Shown here one piece after another: positions 19,724 through 28,783 of a stretch of DNA of 64,000 nt (within the stretch, counting starts at the first letter, position 1; each line of letters starts with the position of its first letter). The stretch comes from an uncultured delta proteobacterium. Lineage in GTDB: Bacteria > Desulfobacterota > Desulfobacteria > Desulfobacterales > JAFDCJ01. A program made the translations under genes and the position numbers. The stretch spans positions 160,001 to 224,000 of the forward strand of contig CAVYNY010000010.1 of assembly GCA_963769935.1 (NCBI GenBank), read 5' to 3'. Below the pieces are notes generated by a model. It searched no databases. It was not told where the DNA came from and was given only the letters and a program-made list of their open reading frames with translations.

Positions 19724-20290
19724 GTGAAAATAAAGCTGAACGGAATCAATGCGCTCTACCCCACCCCCACCGTACTGATCGGAGCGGTGGTAGACGGCAA
19801 ACCCAACTATATCACCATTGCTCACATCGGGATCGTTAACCACGCCAGGCCCTATCTGATTTCTATAAGCTCGGCCAAAGCACATTACACAAATTCCGGA
19901 ATCAAGGAAAATAAGGCCTTCAGTGTGAACATTCCATCGGAAAATCTGGTTGTCGAAACCGATTATGCCGGTCTTGTCAGCGGCAAAAATACGGATAAAT
20001 CCAATTTGTTTGAAGTTTTTTACGGTGAACTAGAAAATGCTCCCCTGATCAAGGCGTGTCCGATCAATATGGAATGCCGGCTTTACGATATATATGACAC
20101 CGCCACCCATGACCTTTTCATCGGTGAAATCGTAGAAACCCATGCCGACGAATCCGTACTCACCGATGGGAAAATCGACCTGGCTAAACTCAAGCCGCTT
20201 TTGTTTGACATGAGCAGCATCAAGTACTGGTCGGTGGGCAAGGTGGTGGCCGACTGCTGGAAGGTCGGCAAGCAGCTTAAGCGAGGGTAG
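19724..20290 (+). CDS. Flavin reductase-like (flavoredoxin) protein
   Basis: YPTPTVLIGA, FSVNIP, GLVSG and APLIKACPINMEC...HDLFIGEI. Confidence 0.88.
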   Translation: MKIKLNGINALYPTPTVLIGAVVDGKPNYITIAHIGIVNHARPYLISISSAKAHYTNSGIKENKAFSVNIPSENLVVETDYAGLVSGKNTDKSNLFEVFYGELENAPLIKACPINMECRLYDIYDTATHDLFIGEIVETHADESVLTDGKIDLAKLKPLLFDMSSIKYWSVGKVVADCWKVGKQLKRG

Positions 20291-20456
20291 GTTCAGGGTT
20301 CAAAGGTTAAAGGGCTACAAGGTTAAACGTTCAAGGTTTGACCAATCGGCAACCTCACATCAGTAGTTGTTATGAATTATGCATAAAGACATAAATCATC
20401 GTTCATAGATATACAGCGTTTTGTTTATTCGACCCTGTATGGGAGATTAAAAACCA

Positions 20457-20579
20457 ACCATAAAAAAATGCGAAGCATTAAATAATTAATCCGCCGGAGC
20501 TTCGATTTAACAACTATCTTCAGTTTTCAAGAAACATATTACAACTCTGACTATACTGTTTTTCTGGGCGGATTAATTA
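20457..20579. repeat. MITE/REP-like element, copy B
   Basis: 13-bp perfect inverted ends TAATTAATCCGCC/GGCGGATTAATTA (20483-20579), homologous to 14515-14635. Confidence 0.72.
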
Positions 20580-20590
20580 GGAGACAAACC

Positions 20591-21223
20591 ATGAAAATTG
20601 CAGTCATTGGAATTGGCAATGTGGGCGGAACCCTCGGGCCCGCCTGGGCAAAAGCCGGGCATGAAGTCATATTCGGCGTTCGTGACCCGGACAGCGCAAA
20701 AGTAAAAACGCTGCTGGAAAAGACTGGACACAAAGCGCGGGCGACCACCGTGGCGGAAGCTGCCGCCGCTGCCGACATTATCGTATTTGCCACCCCCTGG
20801 TCGGCGACTCAGGAAGCCATTAAGGCTGCCGGCAACCTGGCAGGCAAACTCGTGGTTGATTGTACCAATCCCATCGCGCCGGATCTCAAGGGACTCTCCA
20901 TTGGTACGACGACGTCGGCGGGTGAACAGGTCGCCCGGTGGGCTGAAAGCGCGAAGGTGGTCAAAGCATTCAATACAACGGGATCAGGCAACATGGCCGC
21001 CCCCCGATATGGATCACAAGCGGTGACCATGTTCATTTGCGGCGACGATCCCGAAGCCCGCAAAGCAGTAGCTCAATTGGCCAAAGATGTGGGGTTTGAC
21101 CCCTGCATCACCGGTCCGCTCTATCATGCCCGTTATTTGGAACCCCTGGCGATGCTCTGGGTGGACATGGCGTATCTCCAGGGCCGCGGACCCCAGTTTG
21201 CCTATAAAATCTTAAGCCGCTGA
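20591..21223 (+). CDS. NADPH-dependent F420 reductase-like dinucleotide-binding oxidoreductase
   Basis: GIGNVG Rossmann motif, DCTNP, VVKAFNT and ICGDD. Confidence 0.88.
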   Translation: MKIAVIGIGNVGGTLGPAWAKAGHEVIFGVRDPDSAKVKTLLEKTGHKARATTVAEAAAAADIIVFATPWSATQEAIKAAGNLAGKLVVDCTNPIAPDLKGLSIGTTTSAGEQVARWAESAKVVKAFNTTGSGNMAAPRYGSQAVTMFICGDDPEARKAVAQLAKDVGFDPCITGPLYHARYLEPLAMLWVDMAYLQGRGPQFAYKILSR

Positions 21224-21341
21224 CCCAAATTAAATAGTTCTATTTATCGCAGCGTCGATCATTTAAAAAAGGGAGATAATTTTCACAAAATCAGTCAACT
21301 ACTTCTTTAAATAATGAACCGTGGGGCATCCACCTCTCCGG

Positions 21342-21370
21342 TTGACTGTATCCGGCAATTCGGATATACG
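21342..21370 (+). promoter_or_regulatory. Putative sigma70 promoter overlapped by a palindromic operator
   Basis: TTGACT-N17-TATACG with TATCCG-N6-CGGATA across the spacer and -10. Confidence 0.4.
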
Positions 21371-21430
21371 ACCTTAGGACAGCATTCTTACCAGGATTTC
21401 GCACCGCTGCCGGCTTATAAGCACTGTAAT

Positions 21431-22135
21431 ATGCCAAAAAATATGCTGCTTGAATGCAAGGACATAAGTTTTAAGTATCCCGGCTCGACCGCTGAAGTTT
21501 TCAAGAATATGAGCTATCGCATCTCGGGTCCCGGTTTTCATGCCTTATTCGGCCCCTCGGGGGTGGGTAAAACCACCCTCGCAAAAATGATGACCGGCGA
21601 AATAAACGGCTTCAGCGGCCATATTTCAATGCACGAAATACGTCGCGTCTTATATACCTACAATCTTGAGAGAATCCCGGGTTGGTCCACGGTTCGCGAA
21701 CACCTGGAAACTACCACGCCTGCATCCAATAAAGAAAAAATCAGCCAACTGGTGAGCTCCTTCGGCATGGAAGGTTGTATTAACTCGCGGTTTTCACAGC
21801 TTTCCCTGGGTCAGCAGAATCGTATCAACCTGGCCCGCTACCTTTTACAGGAATTCGACCTTCTGGTCATGGACGAAAGCCTGGCTAATGTCGATGAAGT
21901 CACCAAAGAAAACATTATCCTGATGATGAAAGCCGTTTTCCCCGAACGGTGTTTTCTGTACATTTCACACAACGTGGCGGAAGTGGCCAAATTCTGTAAA
22001 CAGATCCTTGTACTGCGCTCGCAGCATAAAAGTCCTCAAACCCTGTCAATTATAGGTCAGGACCATTCCAACACCAAAGCCCTTGTAAGGAGAGACCTTG
22101 AGCACACCATGCTGGAGATCGTGAATGCTTTCTAG
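21431..22135 (+). CDS. ABC transporter ATP-binding protein
   Basis: Walker A GPSGVGKT, signature LSLGQ, Walker B LLVMDE. Confidence 0.88.
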   Translation: MPKNMLLECKDISFKYPGSTAEVFKNMSYRISGPGFHALFGPSGVGKTTLAKMMTGEINGFSGHISMHEIRRVLYTYNLERIPGWSTVREHLETTTPASNKEKISQLVSSFGMEGCINSRFSQLSLGQQNRINLARYLLQEFDLLVMDESLANVDEVTKENIILMMKAVFPERCFLYISHNVAEVAKFCKQILVLRSQHKSPQTLSIIGQDHSNTKALVRRDLEHTMLEIVNAF

Positions 22136-22874
22136 ACGTATTTATCAATTCTTTATCATTTATTTTCTAGGCATTACGGTTCTATTTCTGATCAAATACG
22201 TTTTAAATCTCTCCGACTATGTCATCCCCAGCCCCCTGGAAATATGGCAAACCAGCCGCCATGTTTTCATCCGCTATTTGATCAATGTCATCGATACGCT
22301 GTCGGTTGCAGTTCTCGGTCATATATTATCGGTCTGTCTGGCGACGATTGTCGGAATCATTGGACGTTTGACGATCTGGGTCGGCTCTTTGATCCGGGTC
22401 GCAGCCTATAATATCCAGGCCTATCCCATAGTTGCCGTTGCGCCGATCATATTTATACTGCTGGGAGACGGTCTATCATCGCGGCTGCTGATCACCGTCA
22501 TGATTTGCTACTTTCCGCTGCTGCTTTCATTCATAGGCATTTTATCCGAGCCCGTTGCCGAGATCGAACATTTTTATGAAGCTACCATGCGGATGAACTG
22601 GCGCCTGCGGGTAAAAATCCGTGCATTTGAAAACATCGGCAAAATTGCCACGGTAATTGTGGGAAGCGGAACCCTGGCAATCGTTGGCACCATTGTATCG
22701 GAATTTATCGCGGCGACCGACGGCATCGGCCACACTATCCGCATCGCTCTTTACCAGAGCGATCTGGCAAAAATCCTCGTAGCGCTTTTTTTGATTGGAA
22801 TATGCACCTCATTGTATCTGGTCTGCCTCGAATGGCTGGGGCTGGTAGTCCAAAAAAGGCTGCAAAGCACTTAA
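22125..22874 (+). CDS. ABC transporter permease (SsuC/TauC-like)
   Basis: YVIPSP, PIVAVAP and IVSEFIAATDGIG; hydrophobic. Confidence 0.85.
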   Translation: MLSRRIYQFFIIYFLGITVLFLIKYVLNLSDYVIPSPLEIWQTSRHVFIRYLINVIDTLSVAVLGHILSVCLATIVGIIGRLTIWVGSLIRVAAYNIQAYPIVAVAPIIFILLGDGLSSRLLITVMICYFPLLLSFIGILSEPVAEIEHFYEATMRMNWRLRVKIRAFENIGKIATVIVGSGTLAIVGTIVSEFIAATDGIGHTIRIALYQSDLAKILVALFLIGICTSLYLVCLEWLGLVVQKRLQST

Positions 22875-22911
22875 TTATTTTCGGCACGATGCAAAAAAAG
22901 GAGATTGCTTT

Positions 22912-23913
22912 ATGAAAGGAAAACTTCAGACAGCATTCCTTATAATAGGAGCGTTGACCTGTCTTCTTATGCTCAGCGCCTGCGGTGAAAAGGAGCAGGC
23001 TCCGGAGGAAGTGGCTTACCGGCTCAAATGGCTGTATAACATCAGCGTCGTAGGCGATTTATGGGCCGACGACCATGGAAATTTCGCCCGCAACGGTCTC
23101 AAGGTTGCCGTGAAGCCGGGCGGTCCTGAAAAAGACGCGATCAAGGAGCTGGAAATTGGTCATGCCCAATTCGGGGTGGCATCGGCCGATCAGGTCATTC
23201 GGGCAGTTTCCAAAGGCTCGCCGATTGTGGTGCTGGCTCAGCTTTTTCAGATCAATCCGCTGCACTGGATCTACCGGCCGGATCGAACACCGCTGAGAAC
23301 CCCGCAGGATCTGAAAGGCAAAACCATTGGCATAACCTACGGCGGCAACGACGAAACCATCATGCGGGCGCTGCTGGCCAAATACAATATCAAAGCAGAT
23401 GAAGTAAAACTTTTCAGCGTGCGCTACGATTATACCCCGTTTTACGAGGGAAAAGTCGATCTGTGGCCCCTGTACCGCAATGCCCAGGCGCCCATCATCG
23501 GTGAAAAGCTGCTTAAAGCGGGTGAAAAGTTCGACCTGTTGAGTCCCGCCAAATTGGGTATCAATTTTGTCGCCAATTCTGTTGTGACGACTCAAAAGAT
23601 GCTGGAAGAACGCCCGGAGACCGTCCGGCGTTTTATGAAGGCGCTGCTGGAAGCCTGGCGCGAAGCGTTGAATCCTGCCAATGCAGACAAGGCCATTGCA
23701 ACGGTTATGAAGTATGACCCTGAAACCCCGGAAGAGATCGTGCGCAAACAGCTGCCGGCCACCCGGGTTCTGATGCTGCCTGAACCGAATTCCGAATTCG
23801 GCAAGATCGACGTGGCGGCCTGGAAACAGACCGAAGAAATCATGCTGGCCCAAAAGCTGATCGAGGCTCCCGTTCATATCGAAGAGCGGTTGAAGCCGAT
23901 GGTCGACAAATGA
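22912..23913 (+). CDS. ABC substrate-binding lipoprotein, NMT1/THI5-like
   Basis: Lipobox LSA-C; RLKW, PGGP, AQFGV and DLKGKTIG. Confidence 0.85.
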   Translation: MKGKLQTAFLIIGALTCLLMLSACGEKEQAPEEVAYRLKWLYNISVVGDLWADDHGNFARNGLKVAVKPGGPEKDAIKELEIGHAQFGVASADQVIRAVSKGSPIVVLAQLFQINPLHWIYRPDRTPLRTPQDLKGKTIGITYGGNDETIMRALLAKYNIKADEVKLFSVRYDYTPFYEGKVDLWPLYRNAQAPIIGEKLLKAGEKFDLLSPAKLGINFVANSVVTTQKMLEERPETVRRFMKALLEAWREALNPANADKAIATVMKYDPETPEEIVRKQLPATRVLMLPEPNSEFGKIDVAAWKQTEEIMLAQKLIEAPVHIEERLKPMVDK

Positions 23914-23985
23914 ACGCTTTGCTCGCGTCGCGGAATGCTTATGAAGCAGTTTGGAACAGGGCTAAAACAAATTCTGATCATTTAT

Positions 23986-24028
23986 AAATCCGAAATTCGA
24001 AGCACCAAATTCGAAACAAATTCAAATG
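23986..24028. repeat. Short heptamer tandem repeat (AAATYCG-type)
   Basis: AAATCCG AAATTCG AAGCACC AAATTCG AAAC AAATTC AAAT. Confidence 0.55.
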
Positions 24029-24170
24029 GCTTAAATACCAATGACAAAAACACACATTCGAAACCCAGTTTGATATGCTATAATGATGTTGGCTTAACAC
24101 CAAAATTTTATCAGAAAACTATTTATCTTCTAATTTAGCGCTTTTTGCTCAATTAGAAGGGAGAACTGCC

Positions 24171-24596
24171 ATGACGGATGGTGAGTTTAAAAAGGTAGCG
24201 CGAACGGACAAGCCGCTTTACGGTCCACGCAAGCTGCTGCTTTGCGGTTTTGCGGTCGACGCCCAGTCCAAATTTATTGCGCTGCTTGATATGATCGGTT
24301 TACCGGAACTTCCGCTCGTGTGGGTAACCGAAGATCAAGCCAATCTCAGACTGGGAGAACTTGTCAGGCTCGATGACGGCACGGGTAATGGCCTTTCCTC
24401 CCAGCTGCCGCGGGCCATCATCATGTGTGGAATCACTCAAAAAGAGCTGCATTTGCTCATGTCCGGGTGTCGACAGGCCGGAATGAAGCAGCCCCTGTGG
24501 GCGACGCTGACCCCCACTTCAGAAACCTGGACCATTCAAAATCTGCTGCAGGAACTTGCCGCAGAACACCGGGCGATGCAGAAAGAAAAAAGATAA
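24171..24596 (+). CDS. DUF3783-like hypothetical protein
   Basis: GGGAGA RBS and C-terminal WATLTPTSETWTIQNLLQELAAEH. Confidence 0.75.
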   Translation: MTDGEFKKVARTDKPLYGPRKLLLCGFAVDAQSKFIALLDMIGLPELPLVWVTEDQANLRLGELVRLDDGTGNGLSSQLPRAIIMCGITQKELHLLMSGCRQAGMKQPLWATLTPTSETWTIQNLLQELAAEHRAMQKEKR

Positions 24597-24719
24597 GACC
24601 GCCGATGTAAAAATCGCCGATGTACCAATCAGTGTTTGTAAAGCAAAGCCATGTTTTCAGATCCTGACCCCGCGGCTCAGCCGTTTCTCAGATGGGAGAA
24701 CCTGCCTTGGATCGGAAGT

Positions 24720-24830
24720 GAGGATGCCCGGGTTGATGGACCCGGTTCTTCCCGGCGGGCTGCAGGCAACGATTCTTTTGACGCCGGCCACTTTGGCCGG
24801 GACCACCGACATGACCGCCGAGGTCAGGCA
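24720..24830 (-). pseudogene. Internal fragment of a histidinol dehydrogenase (HisD/HpsN-like) gene
   Basis: Minus strand translates CLTSAVMSVVPAKVAGVKRIVACSPPGRTGSINPGIL, matching the HisD M-x3-PAKVAGV-x2-I-x3-(S/T)PP motif. Flanks are unrelated. Confidence 0.7.
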
Positions 24831-24897
24831 GTCATCCCGGTTTCCTTAAGAAAGAAATATCCGAAGCTAAATAAGTTCTTTGTATCACCGGATAGTG

Positions 24898-26025
24898 TCA
24901 GGATTTTATAAACCAGCTCACCGGTCTTCTGAGGCTTACCGGCTCCGGGTAGCGCTTCAGATAGCCCACTCTCAGGACAAACTGGGGAATCAAATCCTTC
25001 TGGTGGTCGGCGGCAATCTGCCTCAAGCCGGCTTCTTCTTCCAGGTATTGGGTCATGGGCTGAAGCGCGATGTTGCGCTCGCGTGCCAGCAGGGCCATGC
25101 TTTCAAACCGTCTGCCGGTCTCAATCAAATCCGCTGCCGTTCGGCCTTCACTGGTGATGACAATCCAGCCGCCGCCCTGCCGGGCGAGTTCGGCGGTATG
25201 GTCGACACCCTGCTTGCGAAAACTCGGCTTCATGAAATCTTCGGGTTTGACAAAATGCCTGACAAACCAGCCTTTGAAGCCACGGATCTCCATGCCTTCG
25301 ACGGTCAGGCCGTCACGGTAGCGCTCGGCCTTACGGCTGCTGAGGCGCAGCCATTGGACCAGTTCATGCTGGGCGTCATCCCGTTGAGACTGCCGCCGGA
25401 AATTTTCAATGGCACCTTCCGCGATGCAATCGGCATGCTCGGTTCCCCTCGGAAAATAAAAAATACGCCCGTTGAACGGCTTCGACAGCATCTGCAGGTC
25501 ATCTTTTTTGATTTCATCCGGCAGGTAGCCGTGTTTGACGGTCATGCGTCCGGTGATGCGCTGCAGCGGATAGTCGACCGGTTTGGCCTGGCTCAAAGAA
25601 ACCTTGAGAATATCCTGTTCAAAAGGATCCGCGGCAAGAAGCTCCATCTCAGCCTTTAAGCCGAACTTGCCGGCAGCCAGGGCCAGATTTTCGGCAAAAG
25701 CGCCGATGGAAAGCAGGGCTTCCCGGTTGTGCGGGTCTACCGCCGGCAGCCGGCGCAGGGGATCGAGTCCGATGATCCATTCGTTTTGATCTAAAACCCT
25801 CACATACCATGGCTGGGAATTGTGACCGCTGGGAGCCAGTGAGGCATAATATAAAACGGCAATCCGAACCTTATCCAGCCCCTGGTGGGGTTGTTCGGCA
25901 GGGTCGGGTCCCGGCAATTCATTCCGGCTGACGCCCGGACAGGCCGCAATAAAAGAACCGGCGCCTGCCAGCAGTGATCCGGCCGCCAGGGTTTTCTTCA
26001 AAAAACTTCTGCGATTTAATTTCAT
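24898..26025 (-). CDS. Tat-exported Acg-type nitroreductase-fold flavoprotein
   Basis: NRRSFLK Tat motif, APSGHNSQPW, and SIGAFAENL. Confidence 0.85.
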   Translation of the reverse strand: MKLNRRSFLKKTLAAGSLLAGAGSFIAACPGVSRNELPGPDPAEQPHQGLDKVRIAVLYYASLAPSGHNSQPWYVRVLDQNEWIIGLDPLRRLPAVDPHNREALLSIGAFAENLALAAGKFGLKAEMELLAADPFEQDILKVSLSQAKPVDYPLQRITGRMTVKHGYLPDEIKKDDLQMLSKPFNGRIFYFPRGTEHADCIAEGAIENFRRQSQRDDAQHELVQWLRLSSRKAERYRDGLTVEGMEIRGFKGWFVRHFVKPEDFMKPSFRKQGVDHTAELARQGGGWIVITSEGRTAADLIETGRRFESMALLARERNIALQPMTQYLEEEAGLRQIAADHQKDLIPQFVLRVGYLKRYPEPVSLRRPVSWFIKS

Positions 26026-26226
26026 AGCAAAACTCCTGTTGATAGCGTTGAATGCTTGATTAGTTGATTAGTTATAAAGATGGAGCGTAGCGACGCCTCA
26101 ATTTTAGGCAATTTAGGCATTTTCTATTTATTATCTGCATAAGTATTGAAATCTGCTTATCCGCGATTTCAGGACAACATAAGTAGAAGTCACTTTACGG
26201 TGACATTTAGGGCAAAAAAAACGCCC

Positions 26227-26880
26227 TTATCGAACAGCTTCAGCCAACAGACCCTCAATAATTGTGTCAATCGCCCTCTCCAATCTCCGCCAGCCGGCTT
26301 CGGATTGCAGGTCGACCCCGTTGTAAAGATGGATCTGGCGCGCGCGGGTGACCAGGTAGCTGACACCGGCCCCGATAATGGCACCCACCGCCGCAATATC
26401 GGGGCCGGTGTTCATGGCAGGGAAAAACATGTCGAAAAAATTCATCATGGTATTTTCACGAATCGTTTCCAGTTCGGCTGTCAGCTTGTTGCGTTCAACC
26501 ATTTCCCAGGCCAGGATCTCCTGGGTTAGCGGCCGGCTTCGGATCGCCTGAATGAAGTTTTTTCCCAGCCTGGACAATTGCTCGGCCAGAGGCAAGCGGC
26601 CATAGGCTTCAATATCGCCGCCGGCAAGCTCCTTGATAGAGGGCCAAAAATTGCCCTCCCGTCCAAAGGCGCCCATGAGCTCCGACAATCCGCCGAAATA
26701 CCGGTAGATCAAGACCTTGTCGACGCCGGCTTCCCGGGCGACGGCATTGACCCCCAGACCCTTGAAACCTTCACGGGCCAGCAGCGAGCCGACCGCACCG
26801 ATCAACCGGGCCCGGGTCGCTTCCCGGTCCCGGGGTATTGCTCCGGAAAGTTTTATGTTTTTGCCGATGTTTTTTTTCAT
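26227..26880 (-). CDS. TetR/AcrR family transcriptional regulator
   Basis: GFKGLGVNAVAREAGVDKVLIYRYFGG HTH. Confidence 0.92.
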   Translation of the reverse strand: MKKNIGKNIKLSGAIPRDREATRARLIGAVGSLLAREGFKGLGVNAVAREAGVDKVLIYRYFGGLSELMGAFGREGNFWPSIKELAGGDIEAYGRLPLAEQLSRLGKNFIQAIRSRPLTQEILAWEMVERNKLTAELETIRENTMMNFFDMFFPAMNTGPDIAAVGAIIGAGVSYLVTRARQIHLYNGVDLQSEAGWRRLERAIDTIIEGLLAEAVR

Positions 26881-26910
26881 GGTCCTTTAGCAGGGCGATT
26901 TTAGATGCCA

Positions 26911-26937
26911 ATTATCACCAGTTGGTGACATTGTCAA
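26911..26937 (-). promoter_or_regulatory. Putative TetR operator within its own promoter
   Basis: Palindrome TCACCA-GT-TGGTGA (26915-26928) just downstream of a minus-strand TTGACA (26937-26932). Confidence 0.6.
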
Positions 26938-27127
26938 TTGCAAATTTTCGAATCCGCCCCCCAAAAGAAAGAAGGAGGAGAGCCAAACTATAATCGAGGG
27001 TCGTTCGTTCTTTTGATTTTGACAGCCGGACAAAAGATTGGTAGACACTCTTGAAACACCAATATTGAAAACGAGCTAATCCCGCTTCCAGCGGGACTTA
27101 ACTGCCTGAAATTGGGGAGGTTTCTAA

Positions 27128-27472
27128 ATGGAAGTCTATACCAGAGTTGAAAACCTGACCTGGAAGCCGCACCCGCTGGCCGAGGGTGTTTACATAAAGC
27201 CATTGGTCACCAAGAAAGCTGATGGATTGAATGTCAGCTGTATCCTGGTCAAAATTCCGGTCGGCGTCGACATCCCCGAGCATGTCCATGCTGAGCAAGT
27301 CGACATACTCTATCCCTTAGGCGGAAATGCTGAAATGTACGTGGAAGGGACCGGAACGTTTAAGCTGGCACCGGGAATGGTTGTTCGCGTTCCCATTGGT
27401 GTAAGGCACAAAATTTTCAATGTCACGGAAGAAGTTCTGATTTACGATGTATTTCACCCGGCAACCATTTAA
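27128..27472 (+). CDS. Cupin domain protein
   Basis: IPEHVH and G-x5-P-x-GVRH cupin motifs. Confidence 0.85.
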   Translation: MEVYTRVENLTWKPHPLAEGVYIKPLVTKKADGLNVSCILVKIPVGVDIPEHVHAEQVDILYPLGGNAEMYVEGTGTFKLAPGMVVRVPIGVRHKIFNVTEEVLIYDVFHPATI

Positions 27473-27517
27473 AGATAACGCGCTGCCGGCCGCACGGCAT
27501 GAGGGACCTGCACCGAA

Positions 27518-28274
27518 ATGACTAAAATTGAGAACACCGTCGCTGTCGTTACCGGGGGAACCCGTGGGATCGGATTGGCCATAGCTCGAATGGTTGGTAA
27601 CAAACAAGTTCTCGGTGGCCATCACCTACAAAGGCGATGCCGCCGCTGCGGAAAGTGCGCAGCGGCACCTTGAAGGTTTCCTGGCAGACGGACAGCGGAT
27701 TCTTCTGCTGAGAGGCGATGCCGGCGATCCGGAGGTTGTCGCCGCGCACCAGCATACCGTTCGCAGCGAATTGGGGCCGATCGGCGTGCTTGTCAACAAC
27801 GCCGGCATCATGCCGGCCCGGAATTTCGAGCAGATCAGCATCCCGGATTGGGATGAGACCATCCGGGTCAATTTGAGCAGTGCCTTTTACTGGAGCCGGC
27901 AGGTGATTGCAGACATGAAGGCGATGCAGTTCGGCCGCATCATAAATATCTCATCCCTGGCGGCGCGCGGAGGCGGCGTTGTCGGTCCGCACTATGCCGC
28001 ATCCAAGGCCGGCATGCTGGGGCTTACCCGTTATGCCGCCAAAGATCTGGGTCCCTACGGGATCACGGTCAATGCCATCGCACCGGCCTTTATCGAGGAT
28101 GCCGGAATCTTTTCAGACTGGCCGGACGAAAAGAAGGCCGCTCTGAAACAGAAGATTTTTGTTCCCCGGCTTGGAAATGCCGGCGATGTGGTTCGAGCAT
28201 GCGAGTACCTGCTGGCATCCCCATATGTCACCGGCGTGACCTTGGATGTCAACGGGGGCGCATTCATGATTTGA
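27518..28274 (+). CDS. SDR oxidoreductase (FabG-like), with an apparent +1 frameshift at 27592-27593
   Basis: ATG at 27518 gives VAVVTGGTRGIG in one frame. NNAG, NISS, YAASK and VNAIAP lie in the next frame. Confidence 0.85.
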
Positions 28275-28341
28275 TCAGTCTTGAAGGCACGGATAAACAC
28301 TGGTTGAATGAAAGGGGTAATTTTTCAGTAGGAGAATAACC

Positions 28342-28740
28342 ATGATTAAAGGAATCGGTCATCTGGGTATTGTTGTAAAAAATATTGAAAACAGCTTGAA
28401 TGCCCTGTCACAGATTATCGACTTTGAAAGCCCCGCAATTAAGGAATTTCCGGAAAAGAAAATGCGATGTGCGGTGGTGAAAATGAACGGCATCGCGCTC
28501 GAGTTCCTGCAGGACGACAGCGACGACGGATTTCTGGGAAACTATCGTCGAGCCAGGGGGGATTCTATTCATCATTTTTGTTTGTTGTCCGACAATATGG
28601 AAGATGATGTCGAAGCCCTGAAAAATAAAGGGGTAGAGATGATGGACCCAAAACCCCGCACGGGGCTGCGGGGAAAAAAAATCGCGATGACACTGCCCGG
28701 TGCCTTAAACGGCATCACCATCGAAATCTCGGAACCGTAA
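28342..28740 (+). CDS. VOC family protein (methylmalonyl-CoA epimerase-like)
   Basis: HLGIVV, LEFLQ, IHHFC, PRTGLRGKKI and NGITIEI. Confidence 0.8.
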   Translation: MIKGIGHLGIVVKNIENSLNALSQIIDFESPAIKEFPEKKMRCAVVKMNGIALEFLQDDSDDGFLGNYRRARGDSIHHFCLLSDNMEDDVEALKNKGVEMMDPKPRTGLRGKKIAMTLPGALNGITIEISEP

Positions 28741-28783
28741 GCCCCGTAAACATTTTCTCACCGATAAAATTAAGGAGAACATC

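Noticed and set aside
21230..21430. TPP riboswitch upstream of the NMT1/THI5-type ABC operon
   Set aside because: The GCTGAGA and ACCTG...TAATGC core motifs were not found.
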